This document shows, piece after piece, positions 9,301 through 17,009 of a stretch of 32,000 nt of DNA. Each line of letters opens with the position of its first letter. The first letter of the stretch is position 1. The translations under genes were made by a program, and so were the position numbers. A model generated the notes under the pieces. It did not search any database. It was not told where the DNA came from and saw only the letters and a list, made by a program, of their open reading frames with translations. Source of the stretch: Candidatus Kuenenia stuttgartensis (GTDB lineage: Bacteria > Planctomycetota > Brocadiia > Brocadiales > Brocadiaceae). The stretch spans positions 1,800,001 through 1,832,000 of the forward strand of contig NZ_LT934425.1 of the NCBI RefSeq assembly GCF_900232105.1. Reading direction: 5' to 3'.

Positions 9301-10044
9301 AAATATGTAGTTCAATCCATTTATACAAATTTATCTGACTTATACATGGCTAAGAAAGATTGCCAAAGCGCCGTGAATACGCTTGAAAAGGGTTTGGGCC
9401 GATTGCCAAATCACCCTGAAATGTATCGTAAAAAAGCCGTTGCACACTTATCTGCCGGCGACAAAAACAAGGCCATTCAAACTTATTTCAGATATTTTGA
9501 TACATTGCCAACGAATATAAATGATTGTTACCCTCCCGACCAGGTTCACATAGGCATCACTATCATTGCGCTGACGGCGCTTTTGATAGAAGAGAATCAA
9601 CTTGATAAGGCGGAAGAATTTATCAAACAAGAGGAAGATTCTAAACGAAAGACGCCTGCGCATACGGCAAATGACCTATTGCCTCATCATGAAACATCGC
9701 TGTACATTTCACGCTCAAAAATAAACTTTGCAAGAAACAATTTCGATGATGGAATAAATGCATTAAACAATGCCCTGAAAATCCAGACGGAATTGCCGTT
9801 AATTTGGGATGAATTGGAAAAGGCGTATCTACACAAAGGCCTTCTTCAAAAGGCAAAGGAAACGGCTGAATACGCAATCAAACTTCTTCCTAAGCAAAGG
9901 ACTGGTTATTTATGGTTGGCCATTGTTTATCAATATTTAAGGGATTCCGAGAAGGCGATAAACGTGCTCAGGCAATATTTGTCCCAAAACCCGGATGATG
10001 CCTTTGTACAAGAGAGTCTCGATAGTATCGTAACTTCTCAATAA
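6382..10044 (+). CDS. Transmembrane Ser/Thr protein kinase with a very large TPR-repeat C-terminal (probably extracytoplasmic) domain, 1220 aa
   Basis: Hanks kinase motifs are all present: GSGGMGTVF, VALKV, HRDIKPSNILI, DFGLA, GTPNYMSPEQ. There is a single hydrophobic segment, VMGFLVLCLIFACFALY, near residue 400. About 800 aa of TPR-like helical repeats follow. Confidence 0.9.
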   Translation: MNQLDQIVQQFIDDTLQGKDPGLDDVLRKYPDIADEIKKRIENLEKINSLFASLTGEDENDRLAHQLIGQKMGDFEILELIGSGGMGTVFLARQTSLDRHVALKVISDVSGIRSKTLERFKREANLLAKISHPNIVQIYETGRHGPYFYFAMEYVNGDSLGNVLADMRSSNQNTNASALFSDYVRSKNTASVDTSQTKQGRPVIDDEYIQTISKIIIDIASALDHVHNKGILHRDIKPSNILIDTDGNAKLVDFGLANSETNQSITITGELFGTPNYMSPEQIQSPDKVDRRSDVYSLGAAYYECLTFHTPFEGASINDVLTKIISKEPTSPGKYCPKLSRDLGTILLHTLKKNPGERYDSALEFANDIRNALDFRPVIARKTPFTIRTYKTIRRNPVKTVMGFLVLCLIFACFALYHHNRKKEGEAHRIAYVNQLLDEADVLLCQAALNSLPWPLLARETLTERAIKYYDEVLQIDNKNWWALIQRGIAYLVSGENREGALKDFEDAEKINPDFRCIQLLQSGPLGSNIEIYERGISSDHLESLSSREAYILGLLICQQPDIPEREQKSLRLFEMCVEKESDFYPAMLSRIFAKNRLSGERNLDECLAVSNLRPNVALGHLLCGEILGDYLGRFEEAITEYKKAAGLQPWNPLCYLGLGSLYETTGDINNAEKCYLKAQELDMSCLSDFALAFFYRKQSSYEKSLDICNKGIAKKCNLITLDMLLDTKLLILKETGSQGQIRECLAEKEDCLKRLLLETEGNKNLSRKYHINYLKFLFNNKPMSETISFYDKALINKPAFKYCFGSVLSEYYLSIGNDAACMNLCQALYEKMLMEEFNDDYDFNDKVNIISHLIRLRLKSGDSIENVTTLCTGILDKHPHTSVLWKYYGMFHEIYSHDYEKASEAYRQALRYLRDEKDRFGITFKFACALYRAGNNVEAEKEFNALMHKLDNMKIVETGNSWRYLGRSDTADKYVVQSIYTNLSDLYMAKKDCQSAVNTLEKGLGRLPNHPEMYRKKAVAHLSAGDKNKAIQTYFRYFDTLPTNINDCYPPDQVHIGITIIALTALLIEENQLDKAEEFIKQEEDSKRKTPAHTANDLLPHHETSLYISRSKINFARNNFDDGINALNNALKIQTELPLIWDELEKAYLHKGLLQKAKETAEYAIKLLPKQRTGYLWLAIVYQYLRDSEKAINVLRQYLSQNPDDAFVQESLDSIVTSQ

Positions 10045-10101
10045 GTTGAGGGAAACAACCCCATTACCCCCTTTATTGATGGGGAATAAGGTGAAAGTTA
10101 T

Positions 10102-10120
10102 GTAACTATTCAGCGTAAAC
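10102..10120. repeat. Solo copy of the MITE terminal inverted repeat (GTAACTATTCAGCGTAAAC)
   Basis: It matches the ends of the MITE at 27879-28127. About 30 bp of inward similarity follows and then diverges. No partner repeat was found nearby. Confidence 0.45.
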
Positions 10121-10567
10121 ATTACACGACTCCCGACGGGTTCTGGTTTGCAATCGTTCGGCAGAGCTCGCGACGAAGCCTGAACCCATGAGTTTATGCG
10201 GATAATGGGGCCATGTACTACGGTAAAATTCCACTGCCCAAATCACAAAATCCCTGCTTGGAATTTGGAATTTATTTGTCATTTGTCATTTGTTCTGCTT
10301 ATAGAAGGCAGGATTGAAAGTATAAAACGTTTGGTTCAGGTTCTAATGAGTGAACCCGCGAAGACCACACTGTCCATTTGACCCATTCTGTGGAGCTTGG
10401 AAACGAGAGGAAGGTTCGGTTGATGCGTATGGGGAGAAGCTCACTTGTTTCAGCGCGAAGAACATCTTCGCTCTACATGAAAAAGTAACCGAAGGCATAA
10501 TTTAACGTACAGGAATTTCAAACCATTCTAATGGAGGCAAAACGTGTCGCCTTACCCCCCCAACCCC

Positions 10568-10986
10568 CATACGTGTTAAGTTAAGCGATTCTTTGGGGTA
10601 GCATGGACTGAAGAAACACCATGGCAGGTCGTCTCTACGTTTATCCGTACCTGCTTGTGGCCCACAATGGTATGAAACTTTTAGAGATGTGGCTGGCTAC
10701 TGTCCCCCGCTGGCGGGGGATCAAGGGGGTGGACTGGCAGAAGCATGAATTTTGGTAGGCGCATAATCTGCATATCCATAAGTATTTTTAAACCGTAGCT
10801 CACTATGCAATGATTGGTGACTCAACATCAGGTAAGAAGGTGAAAATTCGTATCCAAAATAAAGGGTATTTGAAGCGATGGAGAAGTCCCTTCCACCCCC
10901 TGCACCCCCGCCAGCGGGGGACATGGCAGATGCAACACACATAAGGATTTACCGGTGATTGTTGATTCCTTAACTTAACACGTATG
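10568..10986. repeat. 419-bp element bounded by perfect 18-bp inverted repeats, with a second internal inverted-repeat pair (a nested palindrome, MITE-like)
   Basis: CATACGTGTTAAGTTAAG (10568-10585) pairs with CTTAACTTAACACGTATG (10969-10986). The inner pair is GTCCCCCGCTGGCGGGGG...GGGGGTGGA (10701-10733) with its inverted copy (10887-10923). CCCCAACCC-like C-rich tracts flank both ends. Confidence 0.6.
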
Positions 10987-11006
10987 CCCCAACCCACCGG
11001 TTTGTA

Positions 11007-12557
11007 CTAACCCTTCCCAAACCACCTCTTTTTATGGGTATATGCGGTAATTTTGTTGCGGCCTTTTTTCTTTGACTCGTATAGGGCCTTGTCCGCAAAG
11101 TCAATAAAATCACCTTGTTTAAATTCATCCTTAGCAGGACTCATTGTTGCCACTCCAAAACTTGCTGTTACCTTGTATTCGTTAATATCATCAATAAAGA
11201 TATGAGAGGCAATGACCTCGCGTAATTTTTCAGTAATCTCTGCGGCATCTTCCGCTGCCGTTTCTACCAAAACAAGAATGAATTCTTCGCCGCCGTACCG
11301 GGCAATAAGATCGTAATCACGGAGGTTTTTTTTAACCAGTTTGCACAATTCTTTTAATATAAAATCGCCCGCCGGATGTCCGTAGCTATCATTAAATTTT
11401 TTAAAGTGATCAACATCAAAGAGTACCAGGCTCACAGATGTTTTCTTGCGCAGTGACCTGCGGATTTCCGTTTCAAGAAAATTTTGAAAGTACCGATGGT
11501 TGTACACATCAGTCAGTCCATCTATATTGGCAAGTTTTTCTAGCCGTTTATTTTTTTCTTCCAGGTCATTAGCCAGCTTCTGCAGTTCCATCTTGGCGGC
11601 AATGAGTTCCTTGTTCATCTGTTCGTATGACAGATTAATAAGGCTTAACGCAATGTTGGCTTCCTGCAGGATTTCCTCGACGGGTTTTGGATTCTGTATC
11701 TGGAAATCAAAAAAACTGGCAACTTCCGCTATTTCCGTATGTACCTTTCTGAGTATCCTGTTAATAACCGTATTATCGAAGCCAAGCATTTTTCCGGATT
11801 TTTCTAAAAACTGCTGATGGTAGTCCTGCGGCTTATTGGAAAACAGTATATTGGTAATCATCCCCGATAAGTAAACTACATTTGTAGCAGTTCTGAGTTT
11901 GTTATTGCCTTCTTTGTAACTTTCAGGGTTGTGATGAAATTGTATAGGGACGAGCAATTCCGCCGGGAACCCCCAATTTCGTGTGACTTCGTACCCAATA
12001 AGTGCATGGTCCGCACCGATAATTCGCCGTTCAATTTCTATGATATCTCTTTTGTCATCGGTGAGCGCTATCAGTGTTTGTTCATATTGTTGTGGAAAGG
12101 CTCGTGCAAGAATTAATCCTCCGATATCCTGCAGGAGTGCGGCAATAAATATTTCTTCAGGGTCTGTTTTATCTATTTCTGCCATAATAAGTTTTGCAGC
12201 AACTGCAGCAGAAAGTGATTTTTGCCAATGTTTTTCGTAATCAAAGACTTCATTTTTGTAATTGGTTTTGATGGTAAGAAATGAAACAGAGAGGACGAGG
12301 CTTCGTATCGCATTTTTTCCGATATTCGACACAGCCTGATGAACTGTGCTGATTTTACTAGAAAAACTGTAAAAGGAAGAATTGGCAATTTTTAATATTT
12401 TAGCCGAGATGGCGATGTCTTTCGAAATCAAATGAGCTATTTCTGCCATACTTGTTTCCGGGTTCGACGTAATCGAGATAAGTTTTGATGCAACGGTGGG
12501 CAACGTAGGTAAAGAGGGTGAATCGAGCACAGTTTTCAAAACTTCTCTATTTGCCAT
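11007..12557 (-). CDS. HDOD domain / coiled coil / GGDEF diguanylate cyclase
   Basis: N-terminal HDOD pattern: LPTLPTVASKLISITSNPETSMAEIAHLISKDIAISAKILKIANSSFY. Coiled coil: ELIAAKMELQKLANDLEEKNKRLEKL. GGDEF domain with the active-site motif GGEEF and an RxxD I-site (RDYD) five residues upstream. The probable start is the ATG at 12557, since the ORF track begins at a TTG at 12575. Confidence 0.9.
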   Translation of the reverse strand: MANREVLKTVLDSPSLPTLPTVASKLISITSNPETSMAEIAHLISKDIAISAKILKIANSSFYSFSSKISTVHQAVSNIGKNAIRSLVLSVSFLTIKTNYKNEVFDYEKHWQKSLSAAVAAKLIMAEIDKTDPEEIFIAALLQDIGGLILARAFPQQYEQTLIALTDDKRDIIEIERRIIGADHALIGYEVTRNWGFPAELLVPIQFHHNPESYKEGNNKLRTATNVVYLSGMITNILFSNKPQDYHQQFLEKSGKMLGFDNTVINRILRKVHTEIAEVASFFDFQIQNPKPVEEILQEANIALSLINLSYEQMNKELIAAKMELQKLANDLEEKNKRLEKLANIDGLTDVYNHRYFQNFLETEIRRSLRKKTSVSLVLFDVDHFKKFNDSYGHPAGDFILKELCKLVKKNLRDYDLIARYGGEEFILVLVETAAEDAAEITEKLREVIASHIFIDDINEYKVTASFGVATMSPAKDEFKQGDFIDFADKALYESKKKGRNKITAYTHKKRWFGKG

Positions 12558-12841
12558 TGAGGAATCCTTTTTCAAAAAGGGCCGTTTAAAAATGCCTATT
12601 CTTTTGAGGCATATTATACAGGAGAGGATACAAAAAATCTATAGCGCAGCCTTTGAGTGCAACAAAATTCGAAATTCGAATGACAAAAAATCAACGTGTT
12701 ATGCTAAATATTGTTGACATTCATTTTGTAATAAATAGTATTAAACGTGTGGGAAAATATTGTGTGACCTGTATGCGTTCTTACAAATGAATAGTACTTT
12801 TTAAAACCGCTTTCGCATTACAATTTAAATAAGGAGGACAT

Positions 12842-13894
12842 ATGAAAATTGTTAAATTTGCCGTAATGGGTTATCTGTTGTCTTTTGTAGTTATCAGCGC
12901 CGCAATACTGCCATTTGCTTCTGCCGGTGGGTTGATTGATATGGCTTTTGGAAGAGATATAAAATCAGACCGATCAAAAGAACCTATCAAGCCTATTCCA
13001 ATTAATTTTGACAACAACAGGGCAAAGACTGATTTGGGGAAAAGATTATTTTTTGAACCTCGATTGTCCAAATCCGGATGGATTACCTGCAATTCCTGCC
13101 ACAACCTTTCAACCGGCGGAGCGGATAACCTCCCAACTTCTATCGGACACAAATGGATGTCGGGATCCATAAACTCACCGACTGTACTGAACTCAAAATT
13201 TAATCTGGCGCAATTCTGGGACGGGCGTGCCAGGGATTTGAAGGAACAGGCAAAGGGTCCCATAGCAAATCCTATGGAAATGGCTTCCAGTCACGACCTT
13301 GCGGTAGAGGTACTGCAATCAATACCGGAATACGTGAAGTGGTTTAAAGAGGTTTACGGTGAGGAGGGCATTACCATTGATACTGTTGCAGACGCCATCG
13401 CTGCATTTGAAGAAACGTTAACCACTCCCAATGCAAGGTTTGATTTGTGGTTAAGGGGGTATGACAGGATTTCCAAAACAGAGGAAGAAGGGTATGCCCT
13501 CTTTAAGGAAAAAGGTTGTATCGTTTGTCATAACGGAGTTGGTGTTGGCGGCGGTTCCTTTCAAAAGTTTGGTATCGCAAAGCCCTATGAAAAAGACACC
13601 GGGACGCTTGGACGGTATAATGTAACAAAGGCAGTTGAAGATAAATACGTATTCAAGGTTCCACTGCTAAGAAACATTGAACTCACTGCCCCCTATTTCC
13701 ACGATGCCAGCACATGGAGACTGGCAGAAGCGGTACAGGTAATGGCAGCATATCAGCTTGGAATAAAACTTACCGAGGATGAGACAAACAAGATTGTCGC
13801 ATTTCTAAAAACCCTGACCGGAGACCGGCCTGAAATTATTTATCCCGTTTTGCCGCCTTCGAATGTGAACACCCCGCAGCCAAACCGGAATTAA
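12842..13894 (+). CDS. ccp: Di-haem cytochrome c peroxidase (CCP/MauG family)
   Basis: Signal peptide, two CxxCH motifs (CNSCH, CIVCH), and the family blocks FWDGRARDLKEQAKGPIANPMEM and LRNIELTAPYFHD. Strong AAGGAGG ribosome-binding site. Confidence 0.9.
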   Translation: MKIVKFAVMGYLLSFVVISAAILPFASAGGLIDMAFGRDIKSDRSKEPIKPIPINFDNNRAKTDLGKRLFFEPRLSKSGWITCNSCHNLSTGGADNLPTSIGHKWMSGSINSPTVLNSKFNLAQFWDGRARDLKEQAKGPIANPMEMASSHDLAVEVLQSIPEYVKWFKEVYGEEGITIDTVADAIAAFEETLTTPNARFDLWLRGYDRISKTEEEGYALFKEKGCIVCHNGVGVGGGSFQKFGIAKPYEKDTGTLGRYNVTKAVEDKYVFKVPLLRNIELTAPYFHDASTWRLAEAVQVMAAYQLGIKLTEDETNKIVAFLKTLTGDRPEIIYPVLPPSNVNTPQPNRN

Positions 13895-14010
13895 TTTTCT
13901 GCGTTGGTTGTCACGGAGGTTTTCCTTTATTATACGGGGGCGCTGTTTTCTTCGTGGAGAAAAGGTTTTTTTTGATATGAAATTATTTTGCCCTGCAATA
14001 TGCGGTCATT

Positions 14011-14778
14011 TTATATTTCAAACCTGTCAAAATCTTCTGCAATAACTATCTCTCCATCATAAATAATTTTGAGTTCGGCAAGCAGGTTTGCGTTATTTTT
14101 TATAGCTTCACTGCAAACGGGGTAGAAATGTGTGAGTATCAGCTTTTTGCATTGCGCTTTTTGTGCGATTTGAGCGCACAGATGGGGAGTAAGATGCCCT
14201 TCAGTTTTTTTATCATCGGGAAAAGAGCATTCGAGAACGAACAGATCGGTATTTTTTGCCAGAAGAATTATGCCTTCACAGTAATCAGTATCTCCGGAAT
14301 AAGCAATTGTCCTGCCCGCAGAAGATTCTATCCTGTAACCGATGCTTTGTGATGAATGCCGCACGGGTTCTGCAGTAATTTTCCATCCGTCATAAGTGAG
14401 TACGCCCCTCTCTATTTCTTCCAGATGGAGGTCAAATGTCTTTGGAGTAATCGTGTTGCCATAAACAGAAACTAATCCCTGATGGAACTTGTGCAAACCA
14501 CAGGGGCCTGTAATGTAAAGAGGTTTTGTCCTCACAGGAGAATCATATTTCATGGCGAAAAGGAAGGAGACGAGATCCAGGGAGTGGTCGGGATGGAAGT
14601 GCGAATAGTAGATATAATCAACATCCGCATACGTAACGCCGGCAAGAAGCAACTGGCGTAATGAACCTGGGCCTGTGTCAAATACAAGGTGTTTGTCTTT
14701 TACTTTTATCAAAGTACACGGATATGCCCTTGTTTTTGAAGGTGCTCCTGTGCCAGAGCCGATGATGGTCAATTCCAT
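14011..14778 (-). CDS. MBL-fold metallo-hydrolase (RNase Z-like / beta-lactamase superfamily)
   Basis: HFHPDH metal-binding motif, N-terminal IIGSGTG, and later D/H ligands (SGDTDY, THF). Confidence 0.85.
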   Translation of the reverse strand: MELTIIGSGTGAPSKTRAYPCTLIKVKDKHLVFDTGPGSLRQLLLAGVTYADVDYIYYSHFHPDHSLDLVSFLFAMKYDSPVRTKPLYITGPCGLHKFHQGLVSVYGNTITPKTFDLHLEEIERGVLTYDGWKITAEPVRHSSQSIGYRIESSAGRTIAYSGDTDYCEGIILLAKNTDLFVLECSFPDDKKTEGHLTPHLCAQIAQKAQCKKLILTHFYPVCSEAIKNNANLLAELKIIYDGEIVIAEDFDRFEI

Positions 14779-14843
14779 TTTTAAAAATTATCGCTGTACA
14801 TCAACCAAAAAGAATTTAACCACTAATAAAAACTTACCTCGAA

Positions 14844-14876
14844 AGTCGGCAATCGGCAAATTGCAGATTGCCGACT
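14844..14876. repeat. Intergenic hairpin repeat (AGTCGGCAATC...GATTGCCGACT)
   Basis: 11-bp perfect stem with an 11-nt loop, between the reductase stop and the MBL start. It belongs to the same motif family as the palindrome at 16921-16999. Confidence 0.55.
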
Positions 14877-14944
14877 GTTTTCCACTTTTAAATCTATGCC
14901 CCCAGTCCCTTTCTGGATGGGATTTCCGGGTGGGTGTACTATTG

Positions 14945-16870
14945 CTATATCTTTAACCCTATTTCAACCCCCTCAGCAATTGCCTCAAGGGCTGTTCTGC
15001 CTTCTTTTGCATCGCCAATGGTATATACTTCAGGAACGAAGGATTGAAGCATTGGTTCAAGCTCCGTGTTGTGCTGATGCAGTGTGGGAATGACTATCGT
15101 GTCAAACCCCTCAATCTTTTCGTCAGGCTGCCTCCTGCGGCTTATGACAATGTAATCGCTCCCTATTTCAGTCACTTTCGCATTTACAATAAGCGTGGCC
15201 CTTTGTTTTCTCAGGCGTTCGCATACATGAAACCTGGGGTGTGCAACCAGTCCAAGCCCCAGAACACGCCTCATTTCAATAACGGAAACCTTCTTTCCCC
15301 GCGAAGAAAGAAAGTCAGCTAATTCGCATCCTTCTGCGGCGCCACCGATAATTGCTACGTTATTGCCAATAGTGTCCGGAGAGGAAAACGCCTGCTTGAC
15401 GGTTAATGCGCCGTTTTCCTGCATACCATTTATTTCGACAGGAACGTCTTTGGCTCCCATCGCAAGGACTACTACGTCAGCCGCAAATTGTTTAATGTTA
15501 TCCTCGTTTGCTTCTTTGTTTAGCGCTACCGGGATATTATTCTTTTCTACTTGTTTTGTTATATACCGGAGATACTTCTTTACAGGTTCCTTTTTCGGAG
15601 GCATGGAAGCATAGCGCAAATTACCTCCGAGTTCGCCGCTTTTTTCCCACAACGAGACGTCGTGCCCTCTGCCCGCCAGTGTTATGGCCGCAGACATACC
15701 CGCAGGGCCTCCACCGACAATCAACACCTTTTTTGGTTTTGTGGTTTGTTGCAAATGAAAGCGTTCGTCTTTTCCAATATAGGGGTTTACCGTACAAATG
15801 AGTTTTTTATCCGAGATGCTTTCGATACATCTGTTGCAGCTTAAGCACACCTGTATATCATCAAGATTTCCTTCTTTTACCTTATTCGGCCAACAGGGGT
15901 CGGCAATAAGCGAACGTCCCAGAACAATAAGATCTGCCTTGTTTTCTTTCAGCACTTCTTCCGCCATTGCGGGATCCTGAATCCTTCCCACGGACAACAC
16001 AGGCATGTTTACAATTGCCTTAATCCCTTCCGCGAGGTGAATGAAACATCCTTCCTCCAGATAATAGCAGGGTATGTTAAAAAAGGCCGATGCATAATTA
16101 CACGCTGATACATGAATGGCGCTAGCCCCCGCCCTTTCCAGTATCTTTGCAATTTCTTTGCTCTCTTCCAGCTTCAGTCCTGTTTCGGTATACTCATCCG
16201 CGCTGATCCGGCAAATAACAGGGTAATCCGCCGGAACCTTTTTTCTTATCTCTTCAACAATTTCTCTCCCGAACCGTGCCCTTCGCGAGGTGTCGCCTCC
16301 ATAATCGTCCGTTCGTGTATTGGACTCAGCCGAGAAAAACTGATTCACAAGATACCCGTGCGCCATGTGAATTTCTACGCCGTCAAACCCGGCTTTTAAC
16401 GCCCGTTCCGCACCGCAGGCAAAGGCATTGATAATCGCTTTAATCTCGTCGATGGTCAATTCCTTCGGCATTTCCTTTGTTAAAGGACTGGGTATAGCCG
16501 AAGGGGCAACTGTTCCCGTTCCGGTAAAATACGGAAGTGCTTCTCTGCCCGCATGGCTTAACTGAAGTACGATCTTCCCTTCTACCGCATGAACGGCATC
16601 AACAAGGTTTTTTAATTCAGGAATGAACGTATCATTGTAAATGCACATCATGCCGTCATTGACCCTGCCTGCAGGGTCAACAGCAGTGTTTTCCACCGTA
16701 ATATATCCTGCGCCGCCAAGGGCGCGTTCTCTGTAATAATTGATGAGTTCTTTAGTGACAAAACCTTCCGCATTGCAGAGATGCGTCTCCATAGGAGACA
16801 TCACAATACGATTCCTGATATTCAGGGAACCAATGCGAAAGTGGCTGAAAAGATTGGGAAATGCTGTCAT
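14945..16870 (-). CDS. NADH:flavin oxidoreductase of the 2,4-dienoyl-CoA reductase (FadH-like) architecture: OYE TIM barrel, 4Fe-4S site and an FAD/NAD(P) domain
   Basis: OYE N-terminus FRIGSLNIRNRIVMSPM. Cys cluster CLSCNRCIESISDKKLICTVNP. Rossmann motifs VGGGPAGM and IIGGAAEG. The likely start is the ATG at 16870 (MTAFPNLF), with a GGAG 13 nt upstream. The ORF track starts at 16924. Confidence 0.9.
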   Translation of the reverse strand: MTAFPNLFSHFRIGSLNIRNRIVMSPMETHLCNAEGFVTKELINYYRERALGGAGYITVENTAVDPAGRVNDGMMCIYNDTFIPELKNLVDAVHAVEGKIVLQLSHAGREALPYFTGTGTVAPSAIPSPLTKEMPKELTIDEIKAIINAFACGAERALKAGFDGVEIHMAHGYLVNQFFSAESNTRTDDYGGDTSRRARFGREIVEEIRKKVPADYPVICRISADEYTETGLKLEESKEIAKILERAGASAIHVSACNYASAFFNIPCYYLEEGCFIHLAEGIKAIVNMPVLSVGRIQDPAMAEEVLKENKADLIVLGRSLIADPCWPNKVKEGNLDDIQVCLSCNRCIESISDKKLICTVNPYIGKDERFHLQQTTKPKKVLIVGGGPAGMSAAITLAGRGHDVSLWEKSGELGGNLRYASMPPKKEPVKKYLRYITKQVEKNNIPVALNKEANEDNIKQFAADVVVLAMGAKDVPVEINGMQENGALTVKQAFSSPDTIGNNVAIIGGAAEGCELADFLSSRGKKVSVIEMRRVLGLGLVAHPRFHVCERLRKQRATLIVNAKVTEIGSDYIVISRRRQPDEKIEGFDTIVIPTLHQHNTELEPMLQSFVPEVYTIGDAKEGRTALEAIAEGVEIGLKI

Positions 16871-16920
16871 TTGTAATACGGTCTCCAAAAATAGGTGAGA
16901 GAAAAACTGTGATATACGTG

Positions 16921-16999
16921 CCAATAGTCAGTCGGCAATCGGCAGCCGGCAAATTTCAGATTTAATATTGCAGACTGTGGATTGCCAACTGACTATTGG
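16921..16999. repeat. 79-bp palindromic element between the mqn-like gene and the reductase gene
   Basis: CCAATAGTCAGTCGGCAATC (16921-16940) pairs with GATTGCCAACTGACTATTGG (16980-16999). This is a 20-bp stem with one mismatch and a 39-nt loop. Confidence 0.6.
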
Positions 17000-17009
17000 C
17001 TTCAGAAAC

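Noticed and set aside
10196-10997. ORFs 10196-10381(+), 10721-10942(-) and 10803-10997(-) in the long intergenic region
   Set aside because: They are composed of repeat modules, giving translations such as PAGGGAGGG from GC-rich hairpins. They have no ribosome-binding site, and the same DNA recurs in non-coding contexts.
12871-13263. 130-aa ORF antisense within the cytochrome c peroxidase gene. The same applies to similar antisense ORFs in the kinase, reductase, mqnE-like, GGDEF and RND/OMF genes.
   Set aside because: Each is nested in a strongly supported CDS on the opposite strand and has no independent motif support.
13900-13975. Possible terminator after the peroxidase gene (TTTTCTT-CGTG-GAGAAAA followed by GGTTTTTTTT)
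   Set aside because: The stem is only 7 bp, almost all A-U with a G-U pair. This is too weak to call with confidence, although the T8 tract is suggestive.
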